Of a DNA stretch of 64,000 nucleotides, positions 1 through 7,656 are shown in pieces. Below the pieces are notes generated by a model. That model was not told the DNA's origin. It saw nothing but the letters and a program-made list of their open reading frames with translations, and ran no database searches. This stretch comes from Deltaproteobacteria bacterium. GTDB taxonomy: Bacteria > Myxococcota_A > UBA9160 > PR03. A program made the translations under genes and the position numbers. The first letter of the stretch is position 1. Each line of letters opens with the position of its first letter. The DNA lies in contig JANNKU010000114.1 in NCBI GenBank assembly GCA_031396445.1, positions 13,877 through 77,876 on the forward strand, given 5' to 3'.

Positions 1-138
1 GATCTGCACCTCGCCTGCGCCGAGGTCATGCAGATAACCCGGCAGATGCAGATAGAGATTGAACGCGAGCGACTGCGTGAAGTTTGCGAGCGCGCACAAG
101 AGAAACGGTCGTGTCAGCAGGCGCTCGGGAGACGACAT
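1..138 (-). CDS. MFS transporter, N-terminal fragment (gene runs off the left edge)
   Basis: My own reverse-strand translation from ATG 138-136 gives MSSPERLLTRPFLLCALANFTQSLAFNLYLHLPGYLHDLGAGEVQI. This looks like a typical first TM helix and loop of a major-facilitator transporter. It is absent from the ORF track because the window edge truncates it. Confidence 0.4.
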   Translation of the reverse strand, partial: MSSPERLLTRPFLLCALANFTQSLAFNLYLHLPGYLHDLGAGEVQI

Positions 139-227
139 CGCGCGCAGTCTAGTGGCAGCGACCGAGCCGGGCGCGGCGGATCTCTGTACGCTGCGAAGCG
201 ATCGCGCCCTGCAACGGAGGAATCGCC

Positions 228-683
228 ATGAGCACCGACGCCACTACGAGCACCGCGAAGCTGCCGCCGCGCTGGATTCTCAAGGCCGTCACGCGCACCC
301 ACGTCTTCCTGCACCGCCTGTCGGGCGGACGCTTTCTCAACAAGCTCGCTGGTGACGAGGTGTGTTTCGTGACGATGACGGGTGCGAAGAGCGGGCGAAC
401 GCTGACGATCCCGCTGATGTACGTCCCGTACCAGCAGGGCGTGCTGCTGGTTGCGTCGCTCGGCGGCGCGGCGAAGAACCCGGTGTGGTTCGCGAACCTT
501 GTGAAGACTCCCGACATCGAGGTGGAGCATCGTGGCAGGCCGATGCGGCTGCGCGCGCGTCAGGCGCGGGCGGACGAGAAGCCGGCGCTGTGGCCGATCT
601 GCGACCAGCACTACGCGCCCTACGCGGACTACCGCATGCGCACGACGCGCGAGATTCCGATCTTCGTATGCGAGCCGCGCTGA
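228..683 (+). CDS. Nitroreductase-family deazaflavin (F420)-dependent oxidoreductase (DUF385-like)
   Basis: 151 aa. The pattern ...TMTGAKSGRTLTIPLMYV..GVLLVASLGGAAKNPVWFANL...PDIEVE is typical of DUF385/Ddn-like split-barrel proteins. GGAGGA lies upstream of the ATG. Confidence 0.75.
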   Translation: MSTDATTSTAKLPPRWILKAVTRTHVFLHRLSGGRFLNKLAGDEVCFVTMTGAKSGRTLTIPLMYVPYQQGVLLVASLGGAAKNPVWFANLVKTPDIEVEHRGRPMRLRARQARADEKPALWPICDQHYAPYADYRMRTTREIPIFVCEPR

Positions 684-709
684 GGCGGGCGACTGCGCCA
701 CGCTGACCG

Positions 710-1939
710 CTACAGCGGAAGATCCCCCGCCGCGCTCTTCACGCTACCCGTCTTCGTGTACGCCTCGATCGTGCGCTGCGCGATGCGCCACTGGTGCACT
801 TCGTCCGCGCCATCGGCGAAGCGCGCCCAGCGCGCTTGCGTCGCCATGTGCGCGAGCGGCGTGTCGGTGGAGTAGCCGAGCGCGCCGTGCACCTGGATCG
901 CGCGGTCGATGATGCGGTTCAGCGCGTTCGCGACAAAATGTTTGGCCATCGACACTTCGCTGGTGAAGTTCTCGCCGCGATCGATCTTGTAAGCCGCGTG
1001 CAACACCATCAACTTGCTCTGGTACAGCTCCATCGTGGAGTCCGCGATCATCCACTGGATGCCCTGCTTCTCGGCGAGTAGCGAACCGTGCGCGAAGCGT
1101 TTCATGGCGCGATCCACGGTCATGTTGAGCGCCGTCTCGGCTTGCCCGATCCAGCGCATGCAGTGCGCGAGTCGCGCCGGGCCGAGTCGGTACTGACCGA
1201 GGCGATGGCCCTGCCCGAGGCCACCCAGGATCGCGTGCTTCGACACACGCAGATTGGTGATGCGGATCTCGCAGTGGTTGTGACTCGGTCCGCTCATCGT
1301 GTGGATGTCGCGGACGATCTCCCAGCCCTCGCTCGGGATATCCACCAGGAATGCGGTGTTGGTGGCTTGCGGAACTTCGGGAGCGTCTTCGGTGCGCGCG
1401 ATCAGGATCGCGAACTGCGCGCCGTGCGCGCCCGAGATGAACCACTTGTGGCCGTTGATCACGAAGTCGTCGCCGTCCGCGACGGCACGCGTCTGGATCA
1501 GCGTCGGATCCGAGCCCGCGACTTCAGGCTCGGTCATCGCGAAACACGAACGCATGCGGCCGTCGCAAAGACCCTTCAGGTACTTCGCCTTCTGCTCCGG
1601 CGTGCCCCAGTGGTGGAGCGTGTGCATGTTGCCTTCGTCGGGCGCCGACGCGTTCAATGCAAACGGACCGAAGCGCGACTTCGCCGCTTCCGCCGACACC
1701 GCCGCCATTGCGACATGTCCAAGCCCCATGCCGCCGTACTCCTCCGGCATGTGCGGCAACCACAGCCCCCACTCCTGCGCCGCCTTGCGCATCACGATCA
1801 CCTGCTCGACGAGCACCTTGCGATCGCCCTCGTGCGCCTCGATCTCGCGCTCGGCGGGCAGCACGACCTTCTCTACGAACTCGCGCACTTTGTGGCGGAC
1901 GAGTTCGATCTCTTCGGGAAAGCTGAAATCGATGGCCAT
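710..1939 (-). CDS. Acyl-CoA dehydrogenase, FadE2/ACAD10-11-like subfamily
   Basis: 409 aa with ACAD architecture throughout. The C-terminal segment RFADGADEVHQWRIAQ replaces the YEG catalytic-Glu motif of classical ACADs. Confidence 0.9.
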   Translation of the reverse strand: MAIDFSFPEEIELVRHKVREFVEKVVLPAEREIEAHEGDRKVLVEQVIVMRKAAQEWGLWLPHMPEEYGGMGLGHVAMAAVSAEAAKSRFGPFALNASAPDEGNMHTLHHWGTPEQKAKYLKGLCDGRMRSCFAMTEPEVAGSDPTLIQTRAVADGDDFVINGHKWFISGAHGAQFAILIARTEDAPEVPQATNTAFLVDIPSEGWEIVRDIHTMSGPSHNHCEIRITNLRVSKHAILGGLGQGHRLGQYRLGPARLAHCMRWIGQAETALNMTVDRAMKRFAHGSLLAEKQGIQWMIADSTMELYQSKLMVLHAAYKIDRGENFTSEVSMAKHFVANALNRIIDRAIQVHGALGYSTDTPLAHMATQARWARFADGADEVHQWRIAQRTIEAYTKTGSVKSAAGDLPL

Positions 1940-1963
1940 GGGATCTCCGGTACGGGTTGAAGG

Positions 1964-3043
1964 CTAGGGACGTCGCGCGGCGGCGAGACGAAAGAGCGAT
2001 TTCGCCCCTTCGCCCATTCCTGCGAAACGCGCGTCCTTGGTCTGGCCCTGGTGAAAGCGGAAGTAGATCTGTTGCAGCACGACCGCCATCTTGAAGGTGC
2101 CGAACACCAGGTAGTACGCGAGTTGTGAGAGATCGCGGCCACTCTGCTCGCCATAGCGCCGCGCCGCTTCTGCGCGACGCAAGAAGCCAGGCGCGAGCGT
2201 CGGCATCGGGTTCAGCGACGGCGGCACTTCGTCCGGGTCGTACCAGACCGCGAGCACCGTACCCAGATCGCAGAGCGGATCGCCGCGCGTACACATATCC
2301 CAGTCGTAGACGGCGACGCAGCGACTCGGGTCGTCCGCTGCCACCGCCATGTTGTCGAGACGCCAATCGTTGTGCAGCAGCGTCGGCGGCGGTGACACCG
2401 GCAGGTTGTCGAGCAGCCAGCGCTGCAACTCGCCGGCGAGCGGGAACGCGTCCACCCGCGCGCGTTCGTAGCGCTCGGTCCAGCCCTTTACCTGGCGGGC
2501 GAGGAATCCCTCCGGCCGGCCGAGATCGCCGAGTTCCGCCTTCGCAGCCTCGACCGCGTGGAATTGCGCGAGCACATCGACGACGACTTCGGAGAGCTTG
2601 CGATTGCTTGCCGCATCGGCGCCGCCACCGAATTCGGTCGGAATCGCGCCGCGCACCACCACGCCGTGACGGCGTTCCATCACGAAGAACGGCGCGCCGA
2701 GAATCGCGGCGTCGTCGCAGAACACGAACGAACGCGGCGCGAGCGGGAACGCCTGCCACAACACCGAGAGCACGCGGTGCTCGCGCGACATGTCGTGCGC
2801 ACCTGGCGCCACCGGCCCGAGCGGCGGGCGGCGCAGCACGTACTCGATCACGTCGTGGCCTTCGCCGTAGCGGAGCAGGTAGGTCAGGTTCGCGTGGCCG
2901 CCGGCGAACTGGCGCACCGACAGCGCCTGATCAGAGCCGGGGAGCTTCCCGCGCAGGTAGTCCGCGACTCGCGCGCCGTCGAAGCGCTCGTCCGGTCGAA
3001 CCTCGATCACATCGCTGGTCGGAGACGCGGGGATTTGGGCCAT
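1964..3043 (-). CDS. Phosphotransferase-family (APH-fold) kinase
   Basis: 359 aa. It has the catalytic loop LLHNDWRLDNM and the metal-binding motif VYDWDM. It sits 24 nt upstream of the ACAD on the same strand. Confidence 0.85.
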   Translation of the reverse strand: MAQIPASPTSDVIEVRPDERFDGARVADYLRGKLPGSDQALSVRQFAGGHANLTYLLRYGEGHDVIEYVLRRPPLGPVAPGAHDMSREHRVLSVLWQAFPLAPRSFVFCDDAAILGAPFFVMERRHGVVVRGAIPTEFGGGADAASNRKLSEVVVDVLAQFHAVEAAKAELGDLGRPEGFLARQVKGWTERYERARVDAFPLAGELQRWLLDNLPVSPPPTLLHNDWRLDNMAVAADDPSRCVAVYDWDMCTRGDPLCDLGTVLAVWYDPDEVPPSLNPMPTLAPGFLRRAEAARRYGEQSGRDLSQLAYYLVFGTFKMAVVLQQIYFRFHQGQTKDARFAGMGEGAKSLFRLAAARRP

Positions 3044-3087
3044 GGGGCGCCATCCTATCTTTCCCGCCTTGCGATGCTCAAGAGCGC

Positions 3088-3108
3088 CGTTACCGTAACG
3101 ATCGTTAC
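3088..3108. promoter_or_regulatory. Candidate TetR operator: three alternating half-sites CGTTAC-c-GTAACG-at-CGTTAC
   Basis: Two overlapping perfect palindromes lie in the 92-bp divergent spacer between the kinase/ACAD operon and the tetR gene. This is the locally most AT-rich stretch. Confidence 0.5.
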
Positions 3109-3135
3109 ATACATTAGAGATCTGGAGCCTCCACG

Positions 3136-3843
3136 ATGCCTCGCACCCGCCCGCCGGCCCCCGCGCGCTCGAGCACCCCGGACGCGGACCGGCGGGCGGG
3201 TCGCCAACCGCAGCGCGCGCAGGCCGAGGCGACCCGCGAGCGCATCCTGGCCGCCGCGGTCGAGCTTTTTGGCGAGCGCGGCTTCGCGACGACCGGCATC
3301 GAAGCGCTCTGTCAGCGCGCGAACGTCGTGCGCACCGCGATCTACTGGCACTTCGGCTCGAAGGAAGGGCTGCTCGTGCCGGTGCTCGAGCGCGCCGCCT
3401 CCGAGTGGACCGAGGAGATCCAGAAGTCGGTCTACCTCGAGGGCGCTCCGCTCGCGCGCCTCGACCGCTTCATCACCGGCCTGCGCGATCTCGTCGTGCT
3501 GCGACCGAATCTCGTGCGCCTGCTGCTCTCGGTTGCGCTCGAACGCAGCGATCAAGACGTCGCGACGCGCGACGCATTGCGAACGATCTTCGAGCGCGCG
3601 CACGCGGCGATCGTGCAGGGCATCGACGATTCGCTCGGCGCAGCGTGGACCGAGTCCGCACTGATTGCGCGGATGGCGCTGGCCTTCGTGTCCCACGCCG
3701 TCGCGCAGCAACTGATCGATCCGCGACCCGACGAGGTCGAAAAGATCTTCACCGAATTGCGCACCGCCATCCTGCTGATGATCGGCGCGCGCCTCCAACA
3801 ACTTCTTGCAGTCGCGCCCGCAACTGGAAGGAACGACTCATGA
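3136..3843 (+). CDS. TetR/AcrR family transcriptional regulator
   Basis: 235 aa. The N-terminal HTH reads RERILAAAVELFGERGFATTGIEALCQRANVVRTAIYWHFGSKEGLL. Confidence 0.9.
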   Translation: MPRTRPPAPARSSTPDADRRAGRQPQRAQAEATRERILAAAVELFGERGFATTGIEALCQRANVVRTAIYWHFGSKEGLLVPVLERAASEWTEEIQKSVYLEGAPLARLDRFITGLRDLVVLRPNLVRLLLSVALERSDQDVATRDALRTIFERAHAAIVQGIDDSLGAAWTESALIARMALAFVSHAVAQQLIDPRPDEVEKIFTELRTAILLMIGARLQQLLAVAPATGRNDS

Positions 3844-4823
3844 CTTCTCCCGCCACCTCCTTCGCCTCGCCCGAGACACTTCCCGGCGACGAGCGCCACG
3901 ACGGCACTGCCATCACCGACGCCAGCTACCGCTCGCTGATCGAGCGACTCTCGCGCCAGTCCGTCGCGAAGCACTACGACGCCTACATCGACATCCCCTG
4001 GGATGATCCCGCCTACGCGCTCGTAGAAGGCGATCCGCGCTGGGAGCTGCAGACCAGCGATCCGCTCGGCGCCACGGCCTGGTACCAGGCGCTTCCGCAA
4101 CCGACCCGCGCGCGCTTCGGCATGGAACTGATCGCGAGCTTCGCGAAGATCGGTTTGCAGTTCGAGAACGTGTTGCAGCGCGGGCTGCTCGAGTACGCGT
4201 TCCTGCTGCCGAACCAGGCGCCCGAGTATCGCTATGTGATGCACGAGGTGATCGAGGAAGGTCAACACTCGCTGATGTTCCAGGAGTTAGTGAATCGCAC
4301 GGGCCTCCCGATTGCCGGTCTTCCGAAGCTGATGCAATTCGGCTCGCGGCAGGTCGTGCGGCTGGCGCGGACCTTCCCCGAACTCTTCTTCCTCTTCGTG
4401 CTCGGTGGTGAGGATCCGATCGACTACGTGCAGCGCGAACAACTGCGCACCGGCCAGTACGCGCACCCGCTGCTGCGACGCATCTCGCAGGTGCACATCA
4501 CCGAGGAGGCGCGCCACCTGTCGTTTGCGCGCGCCTACCTGCGCCAGCACGTGCCGAGCCTCTCTGCATGGAAGCGCCTCGCGCTGCGCGTGCGGGTGCC
4601 GCTGCTCTTCGGGCAGATGGGTCGCATCATGATGCAGCCGCCGCCGGCGATGGTGCAGCGCTACGCGATTCCGAAATCTGTTTTGCGCGAGGCGTATCGC
4701 AGCGAGGCGGCGCGCGCACAACGCGTCGGCGCGCTGCGCAAGCCGCGCGAACTCTGCATCGAACTCGGGATTGCCAACGCTCCGTTCGATCGGCTGTGGA
4801 AGCGGATGGGCATCTGGGGATAG
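3840..4823 (+). CDS. AurF-like diiron oxygenase
   Basis: Trimmed from ORF 3405..4823 to the ATG at 3840, which forms an ATGA overlap with the tetR stop. It carries the two-carboxylate/His motifs HEVIEEGQH and ITEEARH. Confidence 0.75.
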   Translation: MTSPATSFASPETLPGDERHDGTAITDASYRSLIERLSRQSVAKHYDAYIDIPWDDPAYALVEGDPRWELQTSDPLGATAWYQALPQPTRARFGMELIASFAKIGLQFENVLQRGLLEYAFLLPNQAPEYRYVMHEVIEEGQHSLMFQELVNRTGLPIAGLPKLMQFGSRQVVRLARTFPELFFLFVLGGEDPIDYVQREQLRTGQYAHPLLRRISQVHITEEARHLSFARAYLRQHVPSLSAWKRLALRVRVPLLFGQMGRIMMQPPPAMVQRYAIPKSVLREAYRSEAARAQRVGALRKPRELCIELGIANAPFDRLWKRMGIWG

Positions 4824-4830
4824 CGCTCCG

Positions 4831-4923
4831 TATGATCCGCCCGCTTTGTCGCCGACTTCTTCGACTCGCAGCCACTTGACCCGTGTTCGGCGCGATCGGT
4901 TCCTCCGATCGCGCGAGATCATG
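4831..4923 (-). repeat. Intergenic repeat unit (hairpin family, copy C) bounded by inverted ATGATC
   Basis: The reverse strand of 4877-4922 reads ATGATCTC-GCGCGATCGG-aggaa-CCGATCGCGC-CGAACACGGGTCA. The flanks match the copies at 45711 and 45791. Confidence 0.6.
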
Positions 4924-4925
4924 AG

Positions 4926-5675
4926 TTGGAAGCGTTGACGGCAAGCGACATCGCGATCCTCGTGTCGGGCGGTCTCGCGGCGGGCGTGGTGAATACGCTG
5001 GCGGGCGGCGGCTCGCTGATCAGCGTGCCGTTGCTCGTGATGACGGGACTGCCAGCAACGACGGCGAACGGCACGAACCGGATCGGTGTCTTCGTGCAAT
5101 ATCTCGTCGCGGCGTGGAGCTTTCGAGCGCGCGGCGTATCGGGGTTCGCGGGCGCATCGACGGTGGTGGTGCCGGTCTGCATCGGCTCGCTGATCGGCGC
5201 CTATACCGTCGCAAAGCTCGACGACGCCACCTTCCAGCGCATCTTCGGCCTGGTGATGCTGATCGACCTGATCCCGATGCTGCGCAAAACGCAGCCAGGC
5301 GGGGAGCACGCGACGAGGCCATGGCCACGCTGGAGGCGCTACACGGTCTTCTCGCTCATCGGCATCTACGGAGGCGCGATCCAGGCCGGTGTTGGCCTGC
5401 TGATGGTCGGAGCGCTGAATCACACCGGTTACGACCTGGTGCGTGCCAACAGCATCAAGGTCACCACCAACGTGGCGCTCACGGCGTTCGCAATTCCGAT
5501 CTTCGTGTTCGCCGGGCAGGTTTCGTGGCTGCACGCAGGCGTGCTCGCGATCGGCTTCTCGATCGGTGGCGCGCTCGGCGCGAAGCTCGCCGTCAGCGGC
5601 GGCGAACGGCTGATTCGTCCGGTGATGATCCTCGCGATTCTGCTGCTCGCGGGTCGAATGCTCGGACTCTACTGA
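4926..5675 (+). CDS. TauE/SafE family sulfite/anion exporter
   Basis: 249 aa, polytopic membrane protein. It contains VNTLAGGGSLISVPLL..TNRIG. The start is TTG. Confidence 0.85.
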   Translation: MEALTASDIAILVSGGLAAGVVNTLAGGGSLISVPLLVMTGLPATTANGTNRIGVFVQYLVAAWSFRARGVSGFAGASTVVVPVCIGSLIGAYTVAKLDDATFQRIFGLVMLIDLIPMLRKTQPGGEHATRPWPRWRRYTVFSLIGIYGGAIQAGVGLLMVGALNHTGYDLVRANSIKVTTNVALTAFAIPIFVFAGQVSWLHAGVLAIGFSIGGALGAKLAVSGGERLIRPVMILAILLLAGRMLGLY

Positions 5676-5711
5676 GCCGCGCCGCGCGAACTCCAGGTAT
5701 GCTGCGCGGCC

Positions 5712-7178
5712 ATGAAACGCGCACTCGCATTTCTCGGCCTCGCGCTGCTGCTCTTCGCCGCTGTGCTGATCGCGCGTGCGGTGACACTGCGCTCGGCGCA
5801 GATCACGCTGCCACCGGCTCCGCGCATCGAGCTCGCCGATCCGGACGCGATCGTCGAGCGACTCGCTGCTGCAATCCGCATCCAGACGATTTCGCACCAG
5901 GACGCCAGCCAGGACGATCCCGCCGTCTTTCAGGCCTTTCGCGAACATCTCGAGCGCTCGTTCCCGCTGCTACACACGACACTGAAGCGCGAGCTCTTCA
6001 ACGAGCGCTCGCTCGTCTACACATGGCCGGGTCGCGATCCGCAGCAGCTTGGCGTGGTGTTGATGGCGCACCAGGACGTGGTGCCGGTCGAGCCCGGTAC
6101 CGAATCGAATTGGGAGCAGCCGCCGTTCTCAGGGGCGATCGCCGACGGCTTCGTCTGGGGCCGCGGCGCGATGGATACGAAGGGCAAGCTGCTCGCGCTC
6201 TGCGAGGCGATCGAGTTCCTGATCGGCAGCGGCTTCCAACCGACGCGCACGACGCATCTCGTCTTTGGTCACGACGAGGAAGTCGGCGGTCGCGCCGGCG
6301 CGCTGTTGATCGCGAAACGCTGGGAGGCCGACGGCACGCGCTTCGAGTGGGTACTCGACGAAGGCGGCACGATCGGCGAGGGACTCGTGCCCGGTGTCGC
6401 CGCACCCGTCGCGCTGATCGGCATCGCGGAGAAGGGCTACATGACGCTCGCGCTCACCGCGAGCGCCGAGGGCGGGCATTCGTCGATGCCGCCGCCGCAC
6501 ACCGCCATCGGCATCCTCGCCGAAGCGATCGTGCGCGTCGAAGGGCATCCGCTGCCGGCGTCGTTGAGCGGCGCGACGCGACTCTTCCTCGCCGCCGTCG
6601 CGCCGGAGATGGCGTTCCCGCTGCGCATCGCGGTGGCAAATGCAGACGTGCTCGAACCGATCGTGCTGCGCGCGCTCAGCGGTTCGCCGCGCTCGAACGC
6701 GACGATCCGCACCACCACGGCGGTGACGATGGTGAGCGGCGGCATCAAGGAGAACGCACTGCCGGCATCGGCGCGCGCGATCGTGAACTTCCGCATCCTG
6801 CCGGGCGACACCGTGCAGAGTGTCACCGAGTTCATCCGCAAAGCGGTCGCCGACCCGCGCGTCGATGTGCAACTGCTCGAAGGTTCGCCGGCGCTCGATC
6901 CCTCACCGGTGAGCAGCGTCGATTCGCTCGGCTTCGAGCTGCTCACGCGCACGATTCGCGAGACGAATCCGGACGTCGTCGTCGCGCCGAACCTGGTGCT
7001 CGGCGGCACCGATGCGCGTTACTTCCACGCCGTGTCCGACAGCGTCTACCGCTTTGGTCCGCTGCGTCTCGAGGCGGAGGACCTGAAGCGCGCGCACGGC
7101 ACCAACGAGCGTCTCGCCACCGCCGACTACGTCGAGAGCGTGCGCTTCTACATTCGCCTGCTGCAGAACGCGAACTAG
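5712..7178 (+). CDS. M20 family metallopeptidase (carboxypeptidase S-like), N-terminal anchor
   Basis: 488 aa. Motifs include VVLMAHQDVVPV and GRGAMDTKG, followed by a dimerisation domain. The N-terminus has a TM or signal segment. Confidence 0.85.
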   Translation: MKRALAFLGLALLLFAAVLIARAVTLRSAQITLPPAPRIELADPDAIVERLAAAIRIQTISHQDASQDDPAVFQAFREHLERSFPLLHTTLKRELFNERSLVYTWPGRDPQQLGVVLMAHQDVVPVEPGTESNWEQPPFSGAIADGFVWGRGAMDTKGKLLALCEAIEFLIGSGFQPTRTTHLVFGHDEEVGGRAGALLIAKRWEADGTRFEWVLDEGGTIGEGLVPGVAAPVALIGIAEKGYMTLALTASAEGGHSSMPPPHTAIGILAEAIVRVEGHPLPASLSGATRLFLAAVAPEMAFPLRIAVANADVLEPIVLRALSGSPRSNATIRTTTAVTMVSGGIKENALPASARAIVNFRILPGDTVQSVTEFIRKAVADPRVDVQLLEGSPALDPSPVSSVDSLGFELLTRTIRETNPDVVVAPNLVLGGTDARYFHAVSDSVYRFGPLRLEAEDLKRAHGTNERLATADYVESVRFYIRLLQNAN

Positions 7179-7190
7179 CGTCACTTCGCA

Positions 7191-7643
7191 TTGGAGGAAT
7201 CGATGATCCGTCCGCTTCGCTCGCTCTCCTTCGCGATCTACATCCTGTTCCTTGCGGTCGCCGCAAACGCCGTCGAAGTGCACGACCTGAAAGGCCTCGA
7301 AGCAATCTTCGGCCGCTATGCGCCGGCCGGTGATTGCAAACGCCAGCCGCAGATCCTCGTGGACGTCACCGGCCTCTCTTTCGAGGGCGCGGGCGCAAAA
7401 GAGAAGATTACGAACCCCGAGTGGGCGGTGAGCTACGGCGGCGCGGGCTACGACGGCCCCGCGCGCTGGATCTTCCCGTTTCGCACGAGCGCCGACGTCT
7501 ACCCGATCCTGATGACCTTCGATGACGAAAAACCAGGATCGCTGACGATCGGTGGTCACGAAGAAGGCTACGCCGGTGGACCGCCGCTCACGCCGCGCAA
7601 CGCGGCGCTCGTAACGGGTTCTCCGTACGCGAAATGCAAGTGA
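7191..7643 (+). CDS. Hypothetical exported protein
   Basis: 150 aa with a signal-like N-terminus SLSFAIYILFLAVAANA and good third-position GC. I recognise no family. Confidence 0.55.
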   Translation: MEESMIRPLRSLSFAIYILFLAVAANAVEVHDLKGLEAIFGRYAPAGDCKRQPQILVDVTGLSFEGAGAKEKITNPEWAVSYGGAGYDGPARWIFPFRTSADVYPILMTFDDEKPGSLTIGGHEEGYAGGPPLTPRNAALVTGSPYAKCK

Positions 7644-7656
7644 CGACGGACTCGTG

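Noticed and set aside
5114-7333. The track contains very long alternative-frame or antisense ORFs, for example 5114-7333, 8151-9815, 13582-15663, 28329-30323, 47077-49329 and 50487-52730.
   Set aside because: Their translations are Arg/Ala/Pro/Gly-rich and low in complexity, as expected for stop-codon-poor off-frames in high-GC DNA. Each overlaps a gene with clear family motifs (M20 peptidase, comEC, uvrB, rpoN, D-aminoacylase/P450, the propeller protein).
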